Source: Marsupella aquatica
Lineage: Eukaryota > Plantae > Marchantiophyta
Reading direction: 5' to 3'
Assembly (NCBI GenBank): GCA_973895155.1
Contig: OZ316896.1
Location: 22,339,722 to 22,403,721 of the forward strand
DNA length: 64,000 bases
In this document: piece by piece, positions 12,371 to 25,577 of the stretch
How the letters are laid out: each line of letters begins with the position of its first letter
Position numbering within the stretch: the first letter of the stretch is position 1
Position numbers and translations under genes: made by a program
Notes under the pieces: model-generated
What the model was told of the DNA's origin: nothing
The model's input: the letters and a program-made list of their open reading frames with translations, nothing else
Database searches by the model: none

Positions 12371-12422
12371 GCACGCATGGGAACTGGCCTGAAAGAAAAA
12401 GGGTTGATAAGTGTGTCTTTCT

Positions 12423-12680
12423 ATTTTATATGAAAACGAGCCATATGCAGGTGCGTGGCATGGCACAAAGATGGCCAGCCCATAGGGAGTCAGGCCGGGC
12501 CATTTATGGGGCAGTGAGAGTACATATGCACCAGGGGTGCCTGGTGCCCATTTATTCTATCAATGGTCAAGGAAAACAACCAAACAAATCCAATGGATGT
12601 GTATCTTTCCCAGGAGCATTTTTGTATGGGACAAAGGACTAAAAAACATGGGATCCTTTATAATAGTTGAGGCAAGATGC
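12423..12680 (-). mobile_element. ~250-bp dispersed repeat, copy B, inverted relative to 6005-6258
   Basis: Blocks shared with the reverse complement of copy A: ACGAGCC.TATGC, GCCCATA.GGA, ATCAATGGT, AAAACAAC, ATCTTTCCC, TTTGTATGGG, GGGATCC.TTAT.ATAGTTG. Confidence 0.5.
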
Positions 12681-12813
12681 AACCTTCACCTGGATCTAGT
12701 ACAACTCTAGCACAAGTGTCATTTGAATGATGAGACTATCAGACCATGCATTCGCAGGGGTCACATTCTTCATTCTCTGACGACAGCTTCTTTCATGTCT
12801 GATCAGTCAATCT

Positions 12814-15800
12814 TCATGGTCCAGTAGAATTGAAGAAATTAAAAACTTGTCTTAAGCTACCTCTGCTTGGCCGGGCATCACTATTGAAAGATGACAAATA
12901 AACTAGACGTTCCCTAACATCAGACTTTGTGATCACTTTGTCAGTCATCAAGGTATCTTCCAATTGCCCTGCAGCAAGCCAATAAAACACAATTTCGATG
13001 TTCAGCTTTCCCCCGTGAGTACATGTTCACATGCTTCTACCTAAGACGAAAACCATGAATTCTGACTCGGTGCATGTGCAATGCCTCGCCAAAGGGACTA
13101 GAAAAAAAAAACAATGCATGGCTTCGACACAGAAGACAACAAGTGGATAACTGAATGAATACTTGAAACATGAGAAGGCACTAACCATGAGGATCGAAGC
13201 AGGACAGAAGAACACCTAGACAGACACAAACACTAATATCCTCTCCTGCATTATAAAGGAGCAAGCCAGATTTAGTACTAGCTGAAAGAAGAAATCAAAC
13301 AACCTATCTTCTCCCAAAAGAAAGCATTGTCCTGCCACAGCATGTAGTGTTTCACCTCAATAGCCCATACGTTTTTGACGACTACCACCATCCCTTATAG
13401 CTCCAAACTTGCAAAGTGAAGGAAAAACAGATCTACACAAATATTCTTACGAAGTGGTGGCGGACCAGAAATGTACCAGTTGAACAGCAAATGAAGACAG
13501 TTGATCCGCTTATCAATTTTTGCCTGGCAAATGCTACAGCCTTTGGCAGATGATTTTGCACAGAATGGCGGTCAATTTTAGAGGCCTGCAGAACCTCACC
13601 CAACATCCTTACAATGAGAAATTCACTCCGGAGGGCAAAACGATGACAGAAAAACTCACTGAATGCCACATATCCACCTAACGGAGGCTCCGTTGTAAGC
13701 GAATGATTATTGCATCACAGTCAACAAACAAAGGACCAATAACAACTTATCTGTCTAGCTTACCACAATTGGCAAATAGAGAGATGACTCAGTTTGACTG
13801 CTTGAACTCAAACTCGATGATGTGCCACAATTGATGATACAGTCAACGACTTCATGTATAGAATCCCTGTTCACTGTATGAACGCAGAAACACTTTCCAT
13901 CTTATTGACAGAGTTGAATTGAAGGAAAATGGAATCGCTAATGAACTCCTGGAAACGAAATCTCATGGCCTGAACACCGGGACAAAAAGAAAACGACTTA
14001 CCGCAATCAGCATTGCCTACGGCAAGCCCAGTGTTACCAATCCAGTGAACACCACGCATATTATCCCGACGTGTTGACTTAATAACAGGATCTCCAGTAT
14101 CCTCAAGTCCACCCTCATTCACCTTGATTTGCAAGCTCGGAATACTCTCTGATGGCGTTACTTTTCTGTCCCCGTTACAGAAAGACTTAATGGCCAAACC
14201 GGGGTTGTCGTGGATTTCACGTTCATCGCTGACAAAAGATGAAGAGACCGCCTCTCCAATTTCTACTTTTTGGGGAACTGCTTTAGCCCGCACTTGAGGT
14301 GCATAATGCCCTCTGACAGCTTTATACACCCGATCTTTTTCTACTATATCAGCAACTTTCCCATTGCAAGTACTAGGGCCACCGCTTATAATTTCTAATG
14401 AGTTCCTCCAGAAATGGTCGGGAGTCAAGCCTCTTGCCCAGCTTTCTTCGTCATCAGCAGCCCCAGGTATATAGCTCCAACTAAACTCTGCGTCAGTGAA
14501 CCGTTCGGTGAACGCTGACGGCCTAGATGCAGAAACAAGAATGATTGGAGTGAAATCCCAATCTTCCAGGTCTGGAACTTCATTCAACCATATTACCGTC
14601 TTTTGCGATACCCACAAAGGCCTCAGGGGCTTCTTCAGCACTTTCGCCAGAGCAGCTAAGTCAGCACCTGTTGATTTTAAGGATTCAACCCAGCCGTCAA
14701 TCCGGCTCTCTATGTTGGCCTTTTCCACTTTTGAGACCCATAAGGGTAGATGGAGAGTACAATCCCAATCTTCGCTGAATGCTGTTTCCTTTTGCAGGTC
14801 TTCACGAGAGATGAAATCCTCAGTTTCTTTCGCAGTCTCTCTCTTAGAAGATAGTGAAGTTTCCTCCCGCGTGCGAGGGCGAAAGTCAGCAAGGGCTCGA
14901 TTCAACACACAGGCCCAAATTGGAATGGTCTTGGACATACTGTCAGGAAAACGCTTGCCTTTCCGTGTGGCATCAACAATACAGCAACCCCCTCTTTCAG
15001 CTGCACTCATCCATGCACTGTACCAGACCCATCAACCTCTAGCTATAAAAATAAATGACAGCTATGGACCCCTCAAGTTCACATAAGGTAGTCTCGTCAC
15101 TTACCTTGGACATCAGAACGACAAGAATGTTGCCCACCGTTTGAAAACGCTATCAACAACAGCATCCCTAATAAACATCAGAATGTGTAATACTTTTGCC
15201 CTCAGCGATGACTTCTCTTTAGGAAAACAGCATCCCTAATGGACGTTACCATGGTTATTTTTGCATACAGTTATGACTTGCTCTCTCATCAGAAACGACA
15301 TCCCCGTTGAACGTCAGTAGGTTATAATTTTGCCTACAGTGATGACTTCCTCAAATGAAACACAAACTCCTGATTAGACATCACACTGGTTATAATTCCC
15401 TTACAGGTATGGATTGCTATCATCAAAAGCAACTTCCGTATGATGCACAGCACTTCGGCTATACGATTAAAGCTCTATAGGCATTTGTAGTTTGCTCTAT
15501 AGCCAACAGAGATGCATTTGGATTCGGAAGTGTCAGAACACTGATGGTAAGTGTTGAGAAATCACTGCAAATAGGGAAGACGGAGAGAGACGGAGAATGA
15601 ACCTGCAAGAGTGGCGACGTGCATATTCAGGCGGATGGTGCTAAAAGACCAGTTCCCATTGTGACCGTCCGTGGACTTGAAATAACAAGTCCCATCAAAT
15701 TCGGGAGCATACCACAACCCGCATCGGAGGTTTGCGAGCAGAGGCACATCCCTCCATAGATGCTGTATCTCCAGCACGAACAGAGAGTCCTCGTAGATGG

Positions 15801-15873
15801 ACCGCAGCGCATTGTACACGGTCTGCTCCGTGCGCTTGATTCTCCGAGCCACTTTGTAGATGTTCTCCGCCAT
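12814..15873 (-). CDS. RIT1: Initiator tRNA A64 2'-O-ribosylphosphate transferase (RIT1-like), about 6 coding exons
   Basis: Exon 1 15603-15873 (NALRSIYED, NLRCGLWY, CYFKSTDGH). Exon 2 14002-15000 (IVDATRKGKRFPDSMSKTIPIW, YIPGAADDEESWARGLTP). Later exons at ~13764-13873, 13477-13586 and ~13185-13244. Last exon has ARPSRGSLRQVFNF and stop at 12814-12816. GT-AG junctions. Confidence 0.92.
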
Positions 15874-17597
15874 TGCAATTCCCAAACTAATTATGCCTGA
15901 TCGCAATCCTCGCTCTCTATTTACTGCCCTACACCCTAAACCTTGAATCCTTCCCTAAACCTCAAAGCCCCCATTCGCTTTCCCTGCCTCCCTTGCTTGA
16001 TCTTCGCCGCCATAGTCTCCATCTCAGCTGACTTGCAGAAATCTTTCTCCATTGAGAAGACTCGCACTGAGATCTCGAGAAACTAGGAAAACCCTCATTA
16101 CTGTGGTCGTTTCTACTGAGGAGGTGGAGACATATTGGTGGAGACATACAGTACAGTTCAAACAGCGACTCATTCACCTGCAATAGGTGACACAGTGGCA
16201 GATAAAGTGGTGACATCAGCATGAGAGTCTGATTCAACTTTTGTCAAGGGCAATCAAATGATATTGGACCAATTCAAGAACACCTTACTTCAGGAACGAC
16301 AGACCGGAGTTCTGCTTATGAATTACCTGAGTGATTTTCGAAGGCGCAGAAACTAGTGGAGATTTCGACGGGGAGGCCTCCGAACTAGACATTATCTTAA
16401 GGGACCCCCTTTCGCGACTTCAACAGACTTCACACGGACCTTCGCTTGAAGCCCGTCGACCTTTCACTGGAGTCGATCGGCCCTTCAAGTAAAATTCCAG
16501 GACCAATTGTCAGGTATTCCTCATCTAGTACATCCGTTAGTTCGACTGCTGGAGACACAGAGCTCCTGAGAGCGCTTTGGGCAAAGATTTCCTACAGATC
16601 AAAAGACCTTCAACGTCGTGAACCTGCATAATTATGGCCGCACCAGCACACGTCAAGAAAGCTATGCCGAGACCTAGCTCAAACGCAATGGAGAATTGTG
16701 CTCCTATTTGGAGCCAAGAATTTAGAAGACTCCAAAAATTCCCTTCAAGATGTCCGAACCCTTCAAAAAGCCAAGGGATTCACACAGCAAACTCTGTGCG
16801 CGTAAACCTGCTCGTAACGAGCCGCCTTGGGCTGGATCAGTCGTTCGGAAGAAAGGAACACGTCGTGCAACAGCTGACGAGAGCGAGACCCAGCACAGAA
16901 CATAAGTTGGCGTCCACTAAACTGTGAAGAGGAAAAACTAATTGTGAAGTCTTTGAGCGGACAGTGAACAAGGCAGCGGACGGCTACTGGAGTGGGCCCA
17001 CGGCCAAGTGGGATTAAAATCTACTCCATTCGGTACCTCGCAAGAGATGCCACGCTTTCACCCCACAAACTCCAGCAGAGGTCAAGAACTTTAAGAAGCT
17101 TATGGGCGTTACTTTGAAGCACATAAAGTACCTTTGCATGAATATTTAAAGCAGTGCGAAAGGTAAAGGGTTCCTAATCCATTAGTGGGAAACGCACGAG
17201 GGTACCTTTCATAATTTTTGCAAACAGTTGCCACCGCTCTATACTCTACCTCAGACCCACCACCAAAGATTCAAGGCGCCATCAAGGAGCCCTTGATTGC
17301 GGTGTGCAGAGATCAGACATGGAATCTATTCCGGGCAACTATTTTATTTATGATTGACGGTAATCTACAATGCATTGGATTATCAACTCGACCATCAAAG
17401 TCATCGAGAAACAACCTGAGGTGTGCACGAATTCATATCACCACCAAGAAACCCAGCAAAACCTTCATTTGACCCATTGTCTCGCAAAGTTCTCTATCAA
17501 CCTGCTGGAATGCAGGCAATTCATACCACATTGCCTAAAACAGTTCTGTAACTCAATACTGTATTGTCCATATTGATGACTTTTGAACTAAAGGTGC

Positions 17598-20500
17598 TCA
17601 CTTGGAAGTCAATTGGACACTGACTTCCCAGAGCTGCTTGGCTGCCTGTTCATCTTCAGCCAGACGACTTTGAGCTTTTGGATCATACTCATTAGAGTCC
17701 ACAAAGTACTTTCCACTGACTCCTTTCAAAGATGGATGAAGGGCTACATAACAAGTGGTTGCGGCACCCTGCATGAACGTTTTGGAGCGTCAGCCTCTAC
17801 ATAACAAATAGGAATTTCGTTCAATTGTTTCCAATGCAACCGTGTACCATTAGCAAAGCTGTGGTGGAATGGTCACGGCAGAGAAGCTGCAGGATTCCAG
17901 TTCGATTGTCATGTTCAGCCATGTGACCATTGAATGCACCAAGAGCAACAAGACAACTGCAAACTTGAGTCGGTGCAAAAAGCTTGCAATCATATGGGGT
18001 TTTTCTTGTCACGCATTGACATGGAGCAGCATCACTTGCCTGAGGGATGCTCTTCCAAAGCGGGAAGGAGATGGCATGCATCATGCCTGTGGAAATTAAG
18101 AACCCCAAAAGGGTGTCAGAATAAGAGTGAACAAGACAAGTTTAGATGCATTCTTTGGCGTTAATTACACAACGCCTTCACTCGGGGCTCTAGGTCGTTG
18201 CATATGGCCAACAGATTGAGACGCATAGTCCGCACAGTATTGTGAGACTGCACATCTTCGAGGGAGCCTCATAAATCCAAAGCTAGCATCCATTGAAATG
18301 GCGTTTTGTTTGGATAATCAGAGGAACAGGCAGAAAAAGCAGAAATTCTGAACAAATCACGTCAATCAATCGTTAGAGCTCTAGTCTTGCAGGAACGATG
18401 GAAAAGTAAGAAGGTAGTAGGAGAGTTGCCAGATCACGTACCGACAAACCACTTTGCATGCCTGGATATATTTGTATTAATCACGCCAGGATGAAGAGAA
18501 TTTGCGGTCACATTAGTCACCCCTTCTCCCTGTTCTTGTCATGCAACACAAGGGTCATTCATGTAATAGGTTCCCCAAATATCCTTCTATGCTGAGAAAA
18601 CGAGATGTCAAAGAGAGGATTCCCTTAAAAATCTGAATCTCATGGATAGTGCTTGAGCAACGTTCAGTGACTGCTGGCATACCTGCAGTCTCCTTGTAAG
18701 CTCTTGGGCATGATAAACATTTGCAATCTTGGATAGACCATATGCCTTGAGCCCTGTGTATCTGTTGCAGATGGTAATGTTCAAGTAGTCAGTTTCTAGA
18801 GTTAGCTCGACAAGGAGACCAGAGTCATTTAGATATCAACCTCACGACATGACGATTACCCTTCCTCTTGATTGAAATTTTTCCACGTGATGGCGTCTTT
18901 GGTTGCGTATCCAATTGCCATGGAGGAAACATTAACGATCCTGCTTTCGATTCCTGTCTCGTTTGCTGTTTCTTTCAGCTTGTCCGGGAGAAGGTTGGTC
19001 AGCAAGAAATGTCCTGAGCCCATGATATGACAAGAACAGCCACATGAAAAACTGATAGTTGGACACAAAACCCCAAGGCTCTTTTGATTGAACGACAATC
19101 AACCCTAATGATAGAGACGAGAATACAGTGAGACTACCTGTTTTAAACAAACTGAACATAAATTGGGAAAGCATCGCCATACCTATATGGTTGGTGCCAA
19201 AATGAGTTTCAATCCCATCGTCCGTGAGCCTGTATTTAGACACCGCGACACCTGCATTGTTTCTTCAAAACATGGATACAGACCAAGTTGTGAGCCCATC
19301 CACAGAACCTTGCAGTGATCAAGGTGCTAAGGGCAGCACACCTGATGACAGCATCTCAAACGCTTGACATATTAGTTTGAACCGCGAAGAAGCCGCCGTA
19401 GATGATCTACAAAAACGTATTCCTCGATTCTATGGGGAATACTGGCATCCAAAAACAAGACAATCATACTTACATCAGTAGGTTCAAAGGCTGGCCTAAG
19501 GCGAGGAAGCTTTCAGCACATTTCCTGACAGATGCTTGGGAGCTGAGGTCCATGGGAGCTAGCATGTCCAATTTGGCATCAGGTAATTCTTTCAAGATGA
19601 TGTTCTTGATTTGTCCGACTGATTCTACGCTCCGGCCAACTAGGTAGACATGGGCACCTCGTAATGCAAGCACTCGTGCTGTCTCTGTTCCAAGTCCACT
19701 TGTAGCACCTGCAAAGTAGCCACCCCACAGATCATGACACAAATGCTACCAAGTCTTGAATAGAACCAATCTCTGAGACTACAGCAACTTGATCCATCGA
19801 ATTTACACAGTAGTGCAAAGGAAATAACCGTTGGATATTACGGTAGTCTTGTCCATTTTGCGGGAGATATTTCATGCTTTAAATCAATGCGCTCATGAGC
19901 TTGATTTTAGACAAAAAATAATTTTATATATATAAAGATGGACTCTGATTTTTCTCGTTCACCGGACTGTCATCCATTCCGATCTATCTGCACTCTGTCA
20001 GATGGCCTTGGCAGTTTCCAATTCATTATCTTTGGTGGAACATGGCAATAGATATTGGCGACCTGCTTGCAATTTTGTGAACGTTAATTGAACTGAATTC
20101 CTGCTAAGCTCAAACGATCGCTTGAGTTAAGTCCAACAGAAGCAAATATCCATGGACTCAAATGCACTCTCTGATCTATTCAGTCCTAACGGCTATAGAC
20201 TTTTATATGGATTCCGCCTCTCCAACCAATGAAAGCCCTGCCCAAGCCCTCACTTTCATGAAGTCATCGAGTATGGAGGCAATTCCAAAGATGACATTAA
20301 ACTGAAAGCCGCAGTGAAACGACCTTCTGTGGACCTCTATATCTCAACCTCAAAGCTGTCCAGTGACAGAGTACAGCCCATCTCTGTGTCAAAGGTCGCT
20401 GGCAATGTGTAGGACCGCTTCGGTTAACACCAAGGTTTGACCGCACATCGTTATCGAAGTTCCCCATTGGCCTGCTGTACTCGCTGCCCAATTCAAACTT

Positions 20501-21095
20501 TCATGTATTTTCTCCTATCACCTTGTTATGCTCCTATTTACCGCAAGAGAACCTTAGGACTATCTGGCCCCGTGACTCGGAATGGAATCCAGACGACCTA
20601 GAACTCAATTCAATTATTCTCCGGCTACGAGCGAGATTTGCATCTGAACTCATTCAACCATTGGATGCAGCCGTCATCTCTGATATCTATGGAGTGCTTT
20701 TGAAAATCAATTCTATGGTCAATCCATCTCCTTGTTCTGGCAATTCAAGAGAACTAATTATACCATCAAGGCTGCATTCCAATAATGTCTGGGACAATCC
20801 ATATGGGTACCTCAAGCAGAACGAATCTAGTAAAGATTTGAAACCCAGAAGTCCTCAAGTTCCGGATTGTCGCCAGAATGCAGCGGCTACGGAAAGAGCT
20901 CAAGAATTGCAATGAGGGTCTCCACTGCTTCCAATTCCGAGCTCTTCTAGAGAGCCAAGTGCTTCGGAGAGAAAGAACCAAGCGGTCAAACTCACCCGTA
21001 ACAATGGCTGTGAGCTCCGAAGCATCCACTCCCTGCGTCACCTCCTCGGCAGTGCTCCTGTATTTAAACCCTGAAGACTTCGCACCCTTGCCCAT
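17598..21095 (-). CDS. Short-chain dehydrogenase/reductase, TIC32-like, 8 exons
   Basis: MGKGAKSSGFKYRSTAEEVT..TAIVTG|ATSGLG (TGxxxGxG), NNAG, HFGTNHIG|HFLLT, RIVNVSS, catalytic YGLSK (YxxxK), NSLHPGVINT, GAATTCYVALHP..SGKYF; stop at 17598-17600. Confidence 0.9.
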
Positions 21096-21678
21096 GATTG
21101 ATACAACAGCACCTCCAAATGGAATCGATCTTTGCAGAAAGACTGCTCAACAAGACTCGAAGCTGAGCCGAGCAATGTCACAATTCTTCTCAGATGTCAA
21201 TAAGGCGTCTGAAACCTCTGAGTTTTGCCTCCCGTCAAGGTCAAGGTTGTTTTCCGAGAACTAAAGTGGCTGATACGAAAACTGCACACTTGCGACCGCA
21301 GACCAAAACTGGCACTTTCGGGCCAGGGATCCTTTTGCAGACCTGAAGGTTTGAGAGGCCCTAATGAAGCAGAGTTCAGCTCGATCTCCACTCTGGATAA
21401 ATTGTCGATCACGACGCTAATTCGCAAAAGTTTCATTTGCAGTCGTATAACTTAGTGTGGCCTTTTTTACTTTGTTTCACCAAAGCAAACTGGAAGGCCA
21501 CCGTTGTTCTCAAGATTGACTCCAGACCAAACATCTATTGCAATGAAATTAGATAACTGCAAATCCTTAGAATACAAAGGAGCCCAAGCTTGGAAATGTT
21601 TCACTAAGGGTGATAGAGAATCTAGAATTCTAGAGAAAATAAAGCACCCACCGCTTGACTCGGGACTATATATATATA

Positions 21679-21805
21679 TTATTGGGTATGTATGCCTGTG
21701 AGGTCCCTCCATGTTTGGCCCTTTTGTCCTTTATATATATAACAGAGTGCCAAAGGACAAAAGGGTCAAACATGGAGGGACCTCAAAGGCATATATACCC
21801 AATAA
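21679..21805. repeat. Near-perfect hairpin with 54-bp arms and a 19-nt loop (MITE-like or small-RNA precursor)
   Basis: 21679-21732 is the reverse complement of 21752-21805 with 3 differences; preceded by a (TA)n run. Confidence 0.85.
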
Positions 21806-22727
21806 AGCGACGGAGTAAAAGGGAAAAGATCCCAAATTGTGGGCCCTCACATGATTCAGGCGAATCAGGCTTGATAGTAAAGCAAAGACTATGTCTCAGT
21901 CCGTAACATAGAGATCTCAGTCTCTCGGCGACATTTGCTACTTAGGGAAACGTTCAATCTGGAAGTTGAAGTGCCTTTACAAACGTTATCCTCTAAAACT
22001 AATTCCACGCGAATCGAAAGTAGCATCAAATCTTTGCGTCTATCCAGCTACATTCTCTGAAGAAACAGTACAGGTCATGGTTGTCCGATAGACGATTCGC
22101 CAAAGGACGAACGCGAAAACTGTAATCCAGTAATGCACTTGTAATCCTCGATAGGATTTGACCGTCTATAGACTAATTCGTCCTTTATAAATTCAAGGAA
22201 CTCAAAGAAACCGTTGCCTAGAAACGAGAGGAGTTACTATATTCTTTCCATCTCTTAAGAAAAACTGTCAACAATAATTATCTGAACAGTTTTTTTGATA
22301 ATAATTGTTGACAAGCCTTTTTGTCAGATAATAATTGTTGATAAATCTTCTTCTAGCCTCTTCTTCCAGCGTCAAGGGCGATTCCCTACCTGCGGGGACC
22401 ACTTTGTATTTCTTAATTACCTTTGAATGTTGAATAAGAAATGAAGGCCTTGGTCATTCTGTGTGTTGGTGCTCTTGCCTTGGTTCTCTAGCCTAGCCGA
22501 GATCGGCCCCAGTGTGTTACTTAAAGTAGCATCGTGTGGCGCTTGACGGGGTCCCCGGCTCCTACTGCGCTTGTGTGCGCTCAATTTTTTCGTCGGATTC
22601 CATAGAGCGTAGATAAGAGGCGAACCGAGCTTCGCTGGATGTACGGTGAGAAGAATTCACGGAGAGAAACAGACCTCTGAAGCTAGTACAGGACAGAGAA
22701 ATCAGTGAGCTGCAAAGTCCTCAGGTG

Positions 22728-23939
22728 ATGGAGCGGATTCAGGCAGTCGTTGTGGGGCTCGCACTACTCACAATCGGATTGGGAATTTGGATCGGACAGC
22801 CTGATTACATTTTTGGTAACTCTGCACAACACCAACATGCGAAGGACGACGGGGGCCGCTGCTTTCCAGCTCTCTTCAGCTTTGGGAGCTCAGTAGCTGA
22901 TAGCGGCATGATGAGGACCGCGTTTCCAGCTGGAGAACAGGGGAAAGTTCTGTACGGCTCAACGTTCTTCGGCAAGCATTCCAAGCGCTACACCGATGGC
23001 CGCCTGCACATAGATTACTGGGCAACGGCATTGAAGATACCATTTCTGGACCCTTACTTCAAAAGTGTGGGCTCAAATTTTCGAAGAGGGGTGAATTTTG
23101 CAGCGGCGGGAGCAACTGCTCGCAACGTTACTCCGTTTTCTCCGTTCTATGTTTCCATCCAGCTCAATCAGTTTCGTGAATTCAAGCGGGATGTGCTCGC
23201 CATCCTCGAAGGTGGACCCACTGCAACAAAGTGTGATGTTGAGAAGCTTCCCCGAAAAGAGTACTTTGAAGATGGTCTCTACATGCTAGCAATTGGCAGC
23301 AACGACATTGGCGATTTTATCTTACGTCAGGGCGTGTCCTTCGAAGATGCTCCATCTAGAATTCGAGACATTTCGGATGAAATTGCTCGGGTGGTGGAGG
23401 CACTTTATGTCGAAGGAGCACGGTATATATTGCTAGACGATGTGTTTCCTATAGGATGTTCCTCTACCGTTATGACAGCATTTGCAGGAAAATTCCCTGA
23501 TCAGCTAGATGATGCTGGATGCTTGAAACCCATTAATGATATTGTGCAACTTCACAATGCCTTGCTCAAGAAGCGTATAGCGGAGCTTGCGAAGCGGCTT
23601 CCAGGTGCTTCAATCGCAGTTGTTGACACGTACAGCAGACGATATGAGATCATTGCCAACCACGATCAGTATGGGTTTAAGGAGCCACACAAGGCATGCT
23701 GTGGAACAGGAGGACCTTACAACTTCAGACCTGATTTGCTTTGCGGCCGTAGCAAAATGGAAAACGGAGTGCTGGTCACAGCAGGCATGTGTGACAATGC
23801 TTCTAGTCATGTTTGGTGGGATGGGGCTCACTACACGGATGCCTTCAACCATGCCACCATGAAGGCGATCTTGAAGGGAGATCATTTCGAGCCCAGTTTT
23901 GATCTCTTTCGCAATGGTTGTGAGCTTGGGGAGATTTAA
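22728..23939 (+). CDS. GDSL/SGNH esterase-lipase, intronless, with N-terminal signal or anchor
   Basis: Block I FSFGSSVADSG, RYTDGRLHIDYWA, GVNFAAAGA, block III IGSNDI, ACCGTGG, block V WWDGAHYT (DxxH). Confidence 0.93.
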   Translation: MERIQAVVVGLALLTIGLGIWIGQPDYIFGNSAQHQHAKDDGGRCFPALFSFGSSVADSGMMRTAFPAGEQGKVLYGSTFFGKHSKRYTDGRLHIDYWATALKIPFLDPYFKSVGSNFRRGVNFAAAGATARNVTPFSPFYVSIQLNQFREFKRDVLAILEGGPTATKCDVEKLPRKEYFEDGLYMLAIGSNDIGDFILRQGVSFEDAPSRIRDISDEIARVVEALYVEGARYILLDDVFPIGCSSTVMTAFAGKFPDQLDDAGCLKPINDIVQLHNALLKKRIAELAKRLPGASIAVVDTYSRRYEIIANHDQYGFKEPHKACCGTGGPYNFRPDLLCGRSKMENGVLVTAGMCDNASSHVWWDGAHYTDAFNHATMKAILKGDHFEPSFDLFRNGCELGEI

Positions 23940-24715
23940 TACACTGATATCATCTGACTCTGGACTATTTTCTCTGTAAGCTTGTACTTGTACTTTGTTT
24001 GGGGTTTTTGAAGAAAGCTGATCCATATTTGCCTCTCGACTATCTAAGCTGTCACCAGCCAAAAAGCCAGTGGGTTCAGTTGACGTTTTGCGTCATATAT
24101 AGACAAGTGGACCAGATCTTGACTTATCCATCTGTTTCCAGAGTCACGGGCGATTTTCCCCACATTCTGGGCGGTTTTACTATGTCTTCATCGCTTTTTA
24201 TGCCTAGTTGCTTGAAAGAATCAATAAACGTATCGTAGTAAGAATATAATGGTGTTGGGAACCTGATTGTTTTCTACCATTGTTTGTGGGCAGATCTTCT
24301 CTGCCTGTATGTCACTTAAAAGGCGGTATCTCACTGAGGAGAGCTTGTCCCCTGGTCCTGTTGAGCTTGTGTGGCCCATACAGTTCTGGTCGGACTACTT
24401 GTATCGAATTTGAGAAAAAAACATTCTAGGATCCAAAAGGAACCCGGCCAGCTTTCGCGGATTTCAAAAGGATGTCTCCTTAATGGACCATGTTATGTGT
24501 TTGCACGCCTTTCCTTGCTACGTTACCATGCTATGGCAGTTTGAGTCTCTGTTGTTTGTGGGCATTTGAGGTCCTGTCCTTTGTAAGCTTGGGTATATAC
24601 TTTATAGTTTTTAGCTTTTGGGGGAAGGGAAAAGCCCTTCCTATCAGATTGCTTGAAAGATCGAGGACTGGTAACTCTTTACAATTGAGATCTGCCACCA
24701 TACTTTTGGGTCGGA

Positions 24716-25255
24716 TTTCAATGTAAAGCTAAACATGTGGCAGCTAGCTTGATACTGTAGCTTGTTCGTGGCTGGCCAGGACCTCCTCGCTAAAGATCTT
24801 TTCCCTTCATAGCAGTATTCTACACGAGGGAATTGAGCTCACGTGACTCTCATATTCAAGGATCATATGGTTCGAAAGAGTACGTCTGAACTTACCAATT
24901 TTGGCCACAATAGAACGAGAAATTGTTGTTGACTATTTTTAACTTTCCATAGTAGTCGATACTTGAAGCGATTGGCATTCACTAGCCAGCTTTTTCTAAG
25001 ATTTTAGTTCTGACTCCAGGAGCCACTCCAAAGTTTCAAACAAGCCCTTGGTCACATCCTGACACCAATCCCAGTTCTCTTGAGTATTCCATCCTCATCC
25101 GTCAAATGTGGTGCAAAACTAACTTCTGCTGGAGAGATTGGTGGTGATACGTACCGACTAAACAAGAGAGAGCTTACGTTCCAGGAGCTCGAGAAGAAAC
25201 AACAGATCAGGGTAATGAAACCTGACAAACACTCCAAACCCAGCAATCGTTTTTC
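24716..25255 (+). repeat. Left arm of a ~530-bp long inverted repeat
   Basis: Reverse complement of 34679-35203. ORF 25052-25246(-) and the 3' part of ORF 34556-34882(+) translate almost identically. Confidence 0.92.
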
Positions 25256-25267
25256 TGCTGCATGTCA

Positions 25268-25577
25268 TGTTGGAGATCAGGATAAAACAGATCTATATTA
25301 CCCTTCATCTTTCCCTTAGATCTCGCTGACCTCTTGATTAAATTAGCCAGCGACTTACCGTTGGCATTAGCTCCTGTTGATTAGCCAACGACTTACCGTT
25401 AGCATTGGTACTGCGGCAAGGGCCGCTGGTCCTTGTCCTCCCTTCAGCTACCTCACTTATGGTGTCCCCTAAGATTACGGGCTCACCTAATTTATCGCTC
25501 AACTAGCGTAATCTCCTTGTGTATATTACTCTTCCCTTTTGGGAACTTTATTCAAGCTTTCTATTGAAACTTCCACA
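25268..25577 (+). repeat. 5' LTR (310 bp)
   Basis: TGTTGGAG...CTTCCACA; about 7 substitutions relative to the 3' LTR by eye. Confidence 0.96.

Noticed and set aside
14496-15086. 196-aa plus-strand ORF
   Set aside because: Antisense shadow of RIT1 exon 2
15962-16927. Short ORFs upstream of RIT1
   Set aside because: No recognisable domain or consistent exon chain; probably 5' UTR or promoter sequence
20523-20915. 130-aa ORF antisense in SDR intron 1
   Set aside because: Non-ATG start and no motif; cannot be supported
22266-22345. Short AT-rich inverted repeat (TGTCAACAAT..ATTGTTGACA)
   Set aside because: Too short and low-complexity to assign a function
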